Positions 30,408-42,935 of a stretch of DNA of 64,000 nucleotides are shown here, piece by piece. The position numbers and the translations under genes were made by a program. Under the pieces are notes generated by a model that did not search any database, had not been told where the DNA came from, and saw nothing but the letters and a program-made list of their open reading frames with translations. The DNA comes from Rhodocyclaceae bacterium (GTDB lineage Bacteria > Pseudomonadota > Gammaproteobacteria > Burkholderiales > Rhodocyclaceae). Each line of letters starts with the position of its first letter. Positions within the stretch are counted from its first letter, which is position 1. Location of the stretch: contig JBNLCM010000106.1 in NCBI GenBank assembly GCA_050303815.1, positions 4,938 through 68,937 on the forward strand. Reading direction: 5' to 3'.

Positions 30408-32771
30408 ATGAATTCAGCGCATGCGAAGGCAGCCGGGGCGCCGCCCAATGTCTCATCGCGCCTCGCCTTTTTCAAGGGCCTGCAGGCGATCACCGCGCGT
30501 ATCCACGCGACGAAGAACATCGACGAGATCATCTTCGAGCTGTCGCCCGAGCTGGGCGAGCTCTTCCATGCCGAGCGCATCTCGATCTATACGCTCGACG
30601 ACACCCGCACAGCCATCGTGACGAAGGTCAAGTCCGGCTCGGGCAAGATCACGGCGATACGCTTGCCGATCTCTGCCGACAGCATTGCCGGCTTCGTCGC
30701 GATGACCAAGCAGGTCCTGAACATCGCCGACGCCTACGATGACGAGGAGCTGAGGGCGATCCACCCCGACCTGCGTTTCCACAAGGACGTGGATACGCGC
30801 TCCGGCTTCAGTAGCCACCAGATGCTCGTCGCGCCGGTCGTCGATGCGCACAAGGGACAGCTGCAGGGCGTCGTCCAACTGATCAACACCTCGAATGCGC
30901 AACCCTTCACCGTACTCGCGCAGGAAGGGCTGATGGGGCTGGCGCAGACCCTCGGGACGGCCTTCGCGCAGCGAGTGCAGCCGACGACCGGGCTGCGCTC
31001 GCGCTACGAAGCCCTCGTCCAGGATGGCACGCTGGCGGAGGAAGACCTGTCAGAGGCCTCGCGAAAGGCGCGGGCGGCGGGCGTTCGCACCGAGGAGATC
31101 CTGCTCGGCGACTACGGCTTGAAACCCGCTGATATCGGAGTCGCGCTGGCGAAGTTCTATGCGCTGCCGTACGAGCCGTTTCAGCCGGAGCGTGTCAAGC
31201 CGATCGAGCTGCTTCGCCATCTCAAGCGGGAGTTCGTGCAGCAGAGCCAGTGGGCTCCGATCGACGAGACTCAGGACGGCATCGTCATTGTCACGGTCGA
31301 TCCCGAACAGGTGATCTCTTCCAAGGTCGCGGCCAATGTCTTCCCGAAGTCGAAGCTGGTGTATCGGGTCACGACATACGGCGAGTTCGAAAAGACGGTG
31401 GCCCAGCTCTTCCAGGAGTCGCTGGAGCTGGGGTCGGTGGACGACCTGCTGTCGGACCTGGTGGACGATGAGAACGAGACGTCGGTCGCCGACGAACTCT
31501 CGGCGGCGACGGACAATGAACTCGTCAAGCTGGTTAACAAGATCATCATCGATGCCCACCGGATGGGCGCATCGGATATCCACATCGAGCCGCGCCCGGG
31601 CAAGGAGAAGACCCGCATCCGCTTTCGCAAGGATGGCTCGCTGGTGCCCTACATCGAGGTGCCGGCCAGCTATCGTAACCCGTTGGTGACGCGACTAAAG
31701 ATCATGTGCGACCTCGATATCGCGGAGCGTCGCAAACCGCAGGATGGCAAGATCAAGTTTCGCAAGTACGCGCCGCTGGACATCGAGTTGCGGGTCGCTA
31801 CCGTGCCCACGGCCGGCGGTATCGAAGATGTTGTCATGCGTATCCTGGCGAATGGCGAGCCGATCAAGCTGACCTCGCTGGGCCTGAGCGAGTCCAACCT
31901 CGCGCGCCTGCAAGGGGCCATCGCCAAGCCCTACGGCATCTTCTTCGTCTGCGGGCCGACCGGCTCGGGCAAGACGACGACGCTGCACTCGATCCTGGGG
32001 CACATCAACAAGCCGGACACCAAGATCTGGACCGCCGAGGATCCGGTCGAGATCACGCAGAAGGGCTTGCGGCAGGTTCAGGTCAATCGCAAGGCGGGGC
32101 TGGACTTCCCGACGGTCATGCGAGCCTTCCTGCGGGCGGATCCCGATGTGATCATGGTGGGCGAGATGCGGGACCAGGAGACGGTGTCGATCGGTCTGGA
32201 GGCGTCGCTCACCGGTCATCTGGTCTTTTCCACCCTGCATACCAACAGCGCGCCCGAGTCCGTCGTGCGCCTGCTGGACATGGGCATGGACCCCTTCAAC
32301 TTCGCCGACGCGCTGATCGGCGTGCTCGCCCAGCGCCTGACCAAGCGTCTTTGCGCCGCATGCAAGGAGGCGTGGACGCCGGACGAGGAAACCGTCTCGT
32401 CCCTGCTCGATGAGTATTGCGAGGATCTTCGCCATACCCGACCCTTCCAGGAAGACCCCATCGCCGCGCGGGATGCGATCCTGCAGGATTGGCATCAGCG
32501 TTTTTCCACCGACAAGGGGGCGCTTCTCCTGTATCGCGCCAAGGGGTGCGAGCAATGCTCGGGGTCTGGCTATCGGGGGCGCGTCGGTCTGCACGAGCTG
32601 ATGCTGGGGTCGGACGAGGTCAAGCGGTTGATCCAGGAGCGGGCCCGCGTTGCCAATCTCCTGTCACTGGCCCTGGAAGAGGGGATGCGCACCCTGCGCC
32701 AGGACGGTATGGAGAAGGTGCTCGAAGGCATTACCGACATGGATCAGGTGCGTCGCGTCTGCGTGCGCTGA
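30408..32771 (+). CDS. GAF-domain GspE/PilB family secretion/pilus assembly ATPase
   Basis: N-terminal GAF (SIAGFVA..VLNIADAY..VD.RSGF..MLVAP..GVVQLIN); Walker A GPTGSGKT; DPDVIMVGEMRD; TGHLVFSTLHTN; CAAC/CEQC Zn motif. Confidence 0.9.
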   Translation: MNSAHAKAAGAPPNVSSRLAFFKGLQAITARIHATKNIDEIIFELSPELGELFHAERISIYTLDDTRTAIVTKVKSGSGKITAIRLPISADSIAGFVAMTKQVLNIADAYDDEELRAIHPDLRFHKDVDTRSGFSSHQMLVAPVVDAHKGQLQGVVQLINTSNAQPFTVLAQEGLMGLAQTLGTAFAQRVQPTTGLRSRYEALVQDGTLAEEDLSEASRKARAAGVRTEEILLGDYGLKPADIGVALAKFYALPYEPFQPERVKPIELLRHLKREFVQQSQWAPIDETQDGIVIVTVDPEQVISSKVAANVFPKSKLVYRVTTYGEFEKTVAQLFQESLELGSVDDLLSDLVDDENETSVADELSAATDNELVKLVNKIIIDAHRMGASDIHIEPRPGKEKTRIRFRKDGSLVPYIEVPASYRNPLVTRLKIMCDLDIAERRKPQDGKIKFRKYAPLDIELRVATVPTAGGIEDVVMRILANGEPIKLTSLGLSESNLARLQGAIAKPYGIFFVCGPTGSGKTTTLHSILGHINKPDTKIWTAEDPVEITQKGLRQVQVNRKAGLDFPTVMRAFLRADPDVIMVGEMRDQETVSIGLEASLTGHLVFSTLHTNSAPESVVRLLDMGMDPFNFADALIGVLAQRLTKRLCAACKEAWTPDEETVSSLLDEYCEDLRHTRPFQEDPIAARDAILQDWHQRFSTDKGALLLYRAKGCEQCSGSGYRGRVGLHELMLGSDEVKRLIQERARVANLLSLALEEGMRTLRQDGMEKVLEGITDMDQVRRVCVR

Positions 32772-32821
32772 CCCGACAGGCGCTGGTCGCATCTGCCGAC
32801 AGGGCGGCATGGCTCGGGTAG

Positions 32822-34222
<1,401 letters not shown>

Positions 34223-34230
34223 GGTGCGCG

Positions 34231-34548
34231 ATGAGCTTTTCCGACACCCTGAAGCTGCTGCCCGGCGTCTCGCACCTGGCCGCAATCGAACTGATCGACG
34301 GTGATGAGGCGGTCGTCGGCCGCATCGAGAACAGGGCCGGGCAGGCCGGCTCGCTGGTGGTCTACAATCATCTCGCGCAGCTGTACGGTGCGATCACGCC
34401 GGACGCGGCACGCAAGGGCCTTGAGCTGTACGCGGAACACACGGCCGATGCCCGGGAGAACCCGGGCAAGCATCCCAACATCGATCGCCTGATCGGATTG
34501 GCCGAGCGGGGCGAGACACAGCGCGTCAAGCATGTATTCGCCGTCTAG
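34231..34548 (+). CDS. DUF2322 family protein
   Basis: IEN..GQAGSL.VY, AEHTADARENPGKHPNIDRL. Confidence 0.85.
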   Translation: MSFSDTLKLLPGVSHLAAIELIDGDEAVVGRIENRAGQAGSLVVYNHLAQLYGAITPDAARKGLELYAEHTADARENPGKHPNIDRLIGLAERGETQRVKHVFAV

Positions 34549-34570
34549 TACGGCGCCCTCCTGCCAATGG

Positions 34571-34595
34571 AAAAGGCCGCTTTCGCGGCCTTTTC
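34571..34595. terminator. Bidirectional terminator between convergent genes
   Basis: AAAAGGCCGC-TTTC-GCGGCCTTTT. Confidence 0.85.
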
Positions 34596-34622
34596 TTCGT
34601 GCGCGGTACGAACCCGGCAAGC

Positions 34623-35555
34623 TCAGACGACGGCCTCCTGTTTCTCCTGCTTGGGCTTGATGAACTGCTCACGCGATACGCCGAACCACATCACCAGCGG
34701 GCTCGCGACCAGCACGGACGAATAGATGCCGAACAGGATGCCGATGGTCAGCGCGAGGGCGAAATAGTAGAGCGTCTCGCCGCCGAACAGCAGCATGGAG
34801 AGCACCATCATCTGGGTACTGCCGTGGGTGATGATGGTGCGGGAGATCGTGCGCGTGATGGCGTGGTTGAGCACCTCGGGCGTGTCCATGCCGCGCTTCT
34901 TCTTGAACGTCTCGCGAACCCGGTCGAACACCACGACGGATTCGTTCACCGAATAGCCGAGCACGGCCAACACGGCCGCCAGCACGGCCAGCGAGAATTC
35001 CCATTGGAAGAAGGCGAAGAAGCCCAGGATGATGATCACGTCATGCAGGTTGGCGATGATGGCCGCCACCGCAAAGCGCCATTCGAAGCGCAGGGCGAGG
35101 TAGATCATGATGCCGAGCACCACGAGAAGCAGCGCCATCGCCCCGTCGGCCGCGAGCTCCTTGCCCACTTGCGGACCGACGAACTCGACCCGGCGCAGTT
35201 CCGGCCGGGTGCCGTCGATGCCGGACAGCGTGCCGATGACCTTCTGGCTGACCCGCGAGGAATCGAGACCGTCCCGGTTGGGCAGGCGGATCAGGATATC
35301 GCGGGAGCTGCCGAAGTTCTGAACCTGGGCATCCGGGTAGCCGTCGTTCGAGAGGGCTTGGCGAATGGGCTCCAGTTGTGGCGCCTCGACATAGTGCAAT
35401 TCGACGAGGGTGCCCCCCGTGAACTCCACTGACAGGTTCAGGCCGCGGGTGGCCAGAAAGAGCACGGCCAGAACGAAGGTGACCAACGAGATGACGTTGA
35501 ACACCAGCGCGTGGCGCATGAAGGGGATGTCATTCTTGATGCGGAAGAATTCCAT
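34623..35555 (-). CDS. secF: Protein translocase subunit SecF
   Basis: EFTGG, VGPQVG, GYSVNESVVVFDRVRE. Confidence 0.96.
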   Translation of the reverse strand: MEFFRIKNDIPFMRHALVFNVISLVTFVLAVLFLATRGLNLSVEFTGGTLVELHYVEAPQLEPIRQALSNDGYPDAQVQNFGSSRDILIRLPNRDGLDSSRVSQKVIGTLSGIDGTRPELRRVEFVGPQVGKELAADGAMALLLVVLGIMIYLALRFEWRFAVAAIIANLHDVIIILGFFAFFQWEFSLAVLAAVLAVLGYSVNESVVVFDRVRETFKKKRGMDTPEVLNHAITRTISRTIITHGSTQMMVLSMLLFGGETLYYFALALTIGILFGIYSSVLVASPLVMWFGVSREQFIKPKQEKQEAVV

Positions 35556-35602
35556 GACTCAGTCCCGGGCGTGGGCGGGCTTGCCCGCCGCCAGTAGCGA
35601 TT

Positions 35603-37465
35603 TCAGTTGGTGGGTTTCCAGATCTGGCCGATCGACAACGCCTCGATCTTGCGGCGGCGTCCGTAGATCAGGTTGACCAGCATCCGCGAGACCAGGATTG
35701 CGCTGAACATCGAGGTCATGATGCCGAGGCAGTGGACGACCGCAAAGCCTCGCACGGGGCCCGAGCCGAAGACGAGCAGGGCAATGCCGGCGATCAGCGT
35801 GGTGATGTTCGAGTCGAGGATGGTGTCGAAGGCGCGTTCGTAGCCTGCGGTGATCGCCGCCTGCGGGCTGGCACCGTTTCGCAGTTCCTCGCGAATCCGT
35901 TCGTTGATCAGCACGTTGGCGTCAATGGCCATGCCGAGTGTCAGCGCGATTGCAGCGATGCCTGGCAAGGTCAGCGTTGCCTGCAGCATCGACAACAAGG
36001 CCACCAGAAGCAGCAGGTTCGACGCCAGGGCGATCACCGACACGAGACCGAACAACATGTAGTAGGCAATCATGAATGCGGCGATTGCGGCGAAACCCCA
36101 GAGGTTGGAGTTGAAGCCCTTCTCGATGTTCTCGGCGCCCAGGCTGGGGCCGACGGTCCGCTCCTCGATGATCTCCATCGGTGCGGCGAGCGAGCCGGCG
36201 CGCAGCAGCAGCGCCACGTCGGTGGCCTCCTGGGAGGTCATCTGGCCGGAGATCTGGACGCGTCCGCCACCGATCTCGGTCCGGATCACGGGCGCTGTCA
36301 CAACTTCGCCCTTACCCTTCTCGATCAGCAGGATGGCCATCCGCTTGCCAACGTTCTCGCGCGTCACGTCCCGGAAGATGCGCGAGCCGGCGGCATCGAG
36401 TGTCAGGTGAACGGCCGGCTCCTGGGTCTGGCCATCAAAGCCGGGCTGGGCATCGGTGAGCCGGTCGCCGGTGAGAACGACCTGCTTCTTGACCAGCAGT
36501 TCGCGGCCGCCGCGCTCCTTGTAGAGTTCGGAGCCGAACGGGGGGCGGCCGTTGAGGGCTTCCTCGAGTGCGCCTGGCGTCTCATCGACCATCCGGACCT
36601 CGAGCGTCGCGGTCCTGCCCAGGATGTCCTTGGCCTTGGCCACGTCCTGCACGCCGGGCAGCTGAACCACAATGCGATCGACGCCCTGCTGCTGGATGAC
36701 GGGTTCCGCGACCCCCAGCTCGTTGATCCGGTTGTGCAGCGTGGTGATGTTCTGTTTGAGAGCGAACTCCTGGATGGTCTTCTCCGCCTGGGGCGTCAGC
36801 GCGGCGGACAGGGTGGGCGGCTCGCCCTCCACGTCACGATCCTGCATCTGCAGGTCGGCGGTGAAGCGACTGATTGCCTCGCGGGCCTCGTCGCGCAGCG
36901 CCGCGTCACGGAACCGGATCCGGACCGAGTTGCCGACGCGGTCGATGCCGGAGTGACGGACGCTCTTGTCGCGCAGCAGGGTGCGCAGGTCGGCGGCGGT
37001 CGAGTCAAGCCGCTTCTCGATGGCACCCGGCATGTCCACCTGGAGGAGGAAGTGAACGCCGCCTCGCAGGTCCAGGCCCAGATACATCGGCAGCGCGTGA
37101 ATCTGCGTCAGCCAGTTGGGCGAGGCGGACAGGAGGTTCAGCGCCACGACGAAGTCCGGGTCGGCCGCGTCCGGGTTGAATGCCCGCTCGATCGCATCCT
37201 TGGCCTTCAGCTGGTCATCGGTGTTGGCAAAGCGGGCTCGAACACTGTTGATGTCGGCAAAGATGCCGGTGTGCGCGACCCCCGCCGCCTGGAGGGCCTG
37301 TTCGATCCGCGTCGTCGTGCTGCTGGCGTCGAGCTTGAGCGTGGCCTTGCCGCTCGACACCTGGACCGCGGGGACCTCGCCATAGAAATTCGGCAAGGTG
37401 TAGATGAGTCCGACGATCAGCACGATGCCGATCATCAGGTTCTTCCAGAGGGGATAGCGGTTCAT
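35603..37465 (-). CDS. secD: Protein translocase subunit SecD
   Basis: LGLDLRGG, GPSLG, DANVLINERIREE. Confidence 0.97.
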   Translation of the reverse strand: MNRYPLWKNLMIGIVLIVGLIYTLPNFYGEVPAVQVSSGKATLKLDASSTTTRIEQALQAAGVAHTGIFADINSVRARFANTDDQLKAKDAIERAFNPDAADPDFVVALNLLSASPNWLTQIHALPMYLGLDLRGGVHFLLQVDMPGAIEKRLDSTAADLRTLLRDKSVRHSGIDRVGNSVRIRFRDAALRDEAREAISRFTADLQMQDRDVEGEPPTLSAALTPQAEKTIQEFALKQNITTLHNRINELGVAEPVIQQQGVDRIVVQLPGVQDVAKAKDILGRTATLEVRMVDETPGALEEALNGRPPFGSELYKERGGRELLVKKQVVLTGDRLTDAQPGFDGQTQEPAVHLTLDAAGSRIFRDVTRENVGKRMAILLIEKGKGEVVTAPVIRTEIGGGRVQISGQMTSQEATDVALLLRAGSLAAPMEIIEERTVGPSLGAENIEKGFNSNLWGFAAIAAFMIAYYMLFGLVSVIALASNLLLLVALLSMLQATLTLPGIAAIALTLGMAIDANVLINERIREELRNGASPQAAITAGYERAFDTILDSNITTLIAGIALLVFGSGPVRGFAVVHCLGIMTSMFSAILVSRMLVNLIYGRRRKIEALSIGQIWKPTN

Positions 37466-37535
37466 GGGCTGCGCGGACTAGGTTGGGGTGGGGGCGGGGC
37501 TCGTCGGAGCCCCGGGGACGTGCGACGGACGGCGC

Positions 37536-37868
37536 TCAGGCTTCCTTCAGCGTGCCCTTCGGCAGCACCGTGGCAACGGCCTGGCGCTGGATCAGGATCT
37601 GCACCTTGTCGGCGATCTCGACCCGGACGAATTGATCGCCGACCTCGATGATGCGTCCGGCCATGCCGCCCTGGGTAATCACTTCATCGCCCTTGCCGAG
37701 CGCTTCGACCATGGCCTTGTGTTCCTTGGCGCGCTTCATCTGGGGTCGGATCATCAGGAACCAGATGACGACAAACATCAGGATCATCGGCAGCAACTGG
37801 ACAAGGCCCCCGGTAGGGTCCTGAGCGGCGCCTTCGGCGGCCTGGGCGTAGGCATTGGAAATCAGCAC
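37536..37868 (-). CDS. yajC: Preprotein translocase subunit YajC
   Basis: ISNAYAQ..LMIRPQMKR..GDEVIT.GG..LPKGT; GTG start after GGAG. Confidence 0.93.
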   Translation of the reverse strand: MLISNAYAQAAEGAAQDPTGGLVQLLPMILMFVVIWFLMIRPQMKRAKEHKAMVEALGKGDEVITQGGMAGRIIEVGDQFVRVEIADKVQILIQRQAVATVLPKGTLKEA

Positions 37869-37904
37869 GATTGAAACTCCCACATGGGTATTCGCAAGCC
37901 GCGA

Positions 37905-37913
37905 ATTATAACA
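37905..37913 (-). promoter_or_regulatory. Extended -10 promoter for yajC-secDF
   Basis: Minus strand reads TGTTATAAT about 37 nt upstream of yajC. Confidence 0.5.
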
Positions 37914-37947
37914 GTTGGCCGATTTTCGCCGCGGACTGTGGGGAAAC

Positions 37948-40082
<2,135 letters not shown>

Positions 40083-40133
40083 TCGCGCTTGCAGGGGGTT
40101 TCCCGGATAGGTGATAATCCTCGGCCTTCCCGG

Positions 40134-40220
40134 GCCGGGGTGGCGAAATCGGTAGACGCAGCGGATTCAAAATCCGCCGCTGGCAACAGCGTGAGGGTTC
40201 GAGTCCCTCTCCCGGCACCA
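40134..40220 (+). tRNA. tRNA-Leu(CAA)
   Basis: GCCGGGG/TCCCGGC acceptor stem, GCGGA-TTCAAAA-TCCGC anticodon arm, long variable arm, GTTCGAGTC T-loop, encoded CCA. Confidence 0.95.
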
Positions 40221-40296
40221 TACCGGCCGTTGGGCGAAACCGCGGATCATAGCGCGCTGTACGCCGGCCGGTCCATCGATACCGCCGCCGATCTCC

Positions 40297-41244
40297 ATGC
40301 CCCTCGATCCCCGTGCCCGCACGCTCCTCGACATGGCCTACCGTGTCGGTGCGCCCAAGTTCCACCAGCTGAACGAGGAGCAGGCGCGGCGCTCCATGGT
40401 CAAGCTGCAGGAGGCTTTCCAGCCGGACACGCCGGCCGTGGCGTCGGTGACGGAAGTGCCGATCCGGTCTGGCGATGGCGTGGTGCTTGCCAGGGCCTAC
40501 CGCCCGATCGGCGCTGCGCCGACGGACATGCTGCCCGTCATCGTCTTCCTGCATGGTGGCGGGTGGTGCATCGGCAGCGTCGATACGCACGACGTCCTGT
40601 GCCGGGAGTTGTGCAATGCGAGCGCGGTCAATGTGCTCTCCATTGATTATCGGCTCGCACCCGAGCACCCCTTTCCGGCGGCCTTCGAGGATGTCCTGGC
40701 CACCTTCCGCTGGCTGCATCGTCACGCGGGCGAGATTGGCGCCGATCCGGGGCGGGTCGCACTCGCGGGTGACAGTGCGGGGGGCAATCTGGCGCTGGCG
40801 GCGGCCCTTTGGCTGCGCGACGAGGGATGGTCCGTCGTACGCGGCCTCGGGCTCATCTATCCGTGCGTCGAGATCTTCGCTGATACCGAGTCCAGGAAGC
40901 GCTACGCGCAGGGCTATTTTCTCGACGAGGAGTCGCTCGTATGGTTCTTCGAACGCTATCTGCCCCATCCGGGGGACGCTCTGGACTGGCGCGCATCCCC
41001 CATCCTGGCGGAGCGCTTCGACGATCTGCCGCCGCTGTCGCTGGTGACGGCCGAATGCGATCCCCTGGTCGACGAGTGCCGGCAACTGGTCGGGCGCTTT
41101 GCGGCGGTCGGCATCGAGGTCAGGGATCATCCCGCCGACGGCATGGTTCATGGCTTTATCACGCTCGGCAGGATGTTCCCCCAGGCCGCTCGATCCATCG
41201 CCTTGCTGGCCGCCGATCTGGCCGAGTTTCTCGGTCGTCGCTGA
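40297..41244 (+). CDS. Alpha/beta hydrolase (HSL/Aes family esterase)
   Basis: HGGGW, DYRLAPEHPFP, GDSAGG, D-P-L, HGF. Confidence 0.92.
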   Translation: MPLDPRARTLLDMAYRVGAPKFHQLNEEQARRSMVKLQEAFQPDTPAVASVTEVPIRSGDGVVLARAYRPIGAAPTDMLPVIVFLHGGGWCIGSVDTHDVLCRELCNASAVNVLSIDYRLAPEHPFPAAFEDVLATFRWLHRHAGEIGADPGRVALAGDSAGGNLALAAALWLRDEGWSVVRGLGLIYPCVEIFADTESRKRYAQGYFLDEESLVWFFERYLPHPGDALDWRASPILAERFDDLPPLSLVTAECDPLVDECRQLVGRFAAVGIEVRDHPADGMVHGFITLGRMFPQAARSIALLAADLAEFLGRR

Positions 41245-41479
41245 TCCGGGCGGCGCAAGCGGCGACTGCCGTCGATCGAGGGACGCGTCACGAAGGGTGT
41301 GCTTTCCGCGTGCCACTGGCATGTGTCGTGATGTCTTTAACGCCTGTGTCCCAGTGTGGCGAGTAAGGTTCATTCCGCGGCACGAGACACCAAGGTGGCG
41401 GTCCCCCCAGCGCGCGGCGGACAGCCAACACGGCGCAGCAAGACGCACGATAGGGAAGGGCCAATCGGCCGGGTTCAAA

Positions 41480-42868
41480 ATGCTCAAGATCTTCAGTCAC
41501 CACATCTCTTCGCAGAGCCTCGTCAATCTGTTGATCGACGCCATCATCCTCGCCTTGGGGCTGCTGATCGGCTTCTCCCTTCAAATTGAGGGGTCGCCCG
41601 CGATCGACTGGCGGATGGCAGTGCCCTCGGCGCTGGTGTTCGCGCTGGCGATGATGGTTCTCAATAGCGCCTTCGGCCTGTACAAACCGTTCGCCGACGC
41701 CTCGCTGCGGACCGTGATCGGGCGTCTCGCCCTGCCTGTTCTGGTCAGCATGCCGGTGGCCTACGGCGTTTACAGCGTGCTGCCTTGGGGCCACTTCGCG
41801 CCGGAGGCCGGTGGGCTGACGGCCGTGCTGCTGCTGGGTTTCGTCATGCTCAACCGGGGCATCGCCAACCGGGGGCAGCGCTCTGCACTGATGGCCCGCC
41901 GGGTTCTCGTCCTTGGTACGGGCGAGGACGCCGCGCTGGTCGAGCGTGTGCTGTCCGGACCGGAAGCCCGCGCCCTTTCGGTCGTTGGGTTCATTCCGAC
42001 GGCCCAGGATGGCGAGCGTTGCGTCTCCCCCTCCCGTATCGTCGAGTACTCCGGCCGGCTCGTCGAGTTCGTTCGACGCGAGCAGGTCGACGAAGTCATC
42101 GTCGCGGTTCGGGAGCGCCGGGGTGGCGTTCTGCCGATGCGCGAATTGCTCGACTGCAAACTGCTCGGCGTCAAGGTCCTTGACCTCAGCAGCTTCTACG
42201 AGCGGGTCCAGGGGCAGGTCCGTATCGAATCCCTGAAAGCGAGCTGGCTGATCTACGGCGAAGGTTTCCGCCAGGGCTTCGCCCGCACGGTCGTCAAGCG
42301 CGCCTTCGATCTGGTCGCTTCCCTCATCCTGCTGATTCTCGCGCTGCCGGTCATGATCATCGCGGCGATCGCCATCCTGCTCGAGGATGGCGCACCGATC
42401 TTCTACAGCCAGGAGCGGGTCGGCCAGGGCGGGCGCAGCTTCCGGGTCATCAAGTTCCGCAGCATGCGGCGCGACGCAGAGAAGGATGGCAAGCCCAAAT
42501 GGGCCCAGTCGAACGATGACCGCGTGACGCGGGTCGGCCGCTTCATGCGCCGCACCCGGATCGATGAGCTGCCGCAGTTGTTCAACGTACTGAAGGGCGA
42601 GATGAGCATGGTGGGTCCTCGCCCGGAGCGTCCCTACTTCGTTGATCAACTGACTTCGGAGATTCCTTTCTACGCGGTCCGCCATTGTGTCAAGCCGGGG
42701 CTGACCGGTTGGGCTCAGGTCCGGTACCAATACGGTGCGTCGGTCGATGACGCGCTCCAGAAGTTGCAGTTCGACCTCTACTACGTCAAGAATCACACAC
42801 TGTTTCTGGATTCCCTGGTGCTGTGCGAGACGGTGCACGTTGTGCTGACGGGGCAGGGCGCGCACTGA
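41480..42868 (+). CDS. PEP-CTERM/exosortase A system-associated sugar transferase (priming glycosyltransferase)
   Basis: [35 protein letters not shown]; directly upstream of prsKRT. Confidence 0.9.
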   Translation: MLKIFSHHISSQSLVNLLIDAIILALGLLIGFSLQIEGSPAIDWRMAVPSALVFALAMMVLNSAFGLYKPFADASLRTVIGRLALPVLVSMPVAYGVYSVLPWGHFAPEAGGLTAVLLLGFVMLNRGIANRGQRSALMARRVLVLGTGEDAALVERVLSGPEARALSVVGFIPTAQDGERCVSPSRIVEYSGRLVEFVRREQVDEVIVAVRERRGGVLPMRELLDCKLLGVKVLDLSSFYERVQGQVRIESLKASWLIYGEGFRQGFARTVVKRAFDLVASLILLILALPVMIIAAIAILLEDGAPIFYSQERVGQGGRSFRVIKFRSMRRDAEKDGKPKWAQSNDDRVTRVGRFMRRTRIDELPQLFNVLKGEMSMVGPRPERPYFVDQLTSEIPFYAVRHCVKPGLTGWAQVRYQYGASVDDALQKLQFDLYYVKNHTLFLDSLVLCETVHVVLTGQGAH

Positions 42869-42935
42869 CGCCGCTGCGCTCGTTGCCATGTGGGTCCGGG
42901 TGGGTCGCCCGGACCCTTTTTGATTTTCTGAGGCC

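Noticed and set aside
35732-37651. 639-aa plus-strand ORF
   Set aside because: Shadow of secD
41245-41479. Sigma54 promoter or PEP-CTERM box upstream of the sugar transferase
   Set aside because: The TGGC/GGCAC hits lack a correctly spaced TTGC
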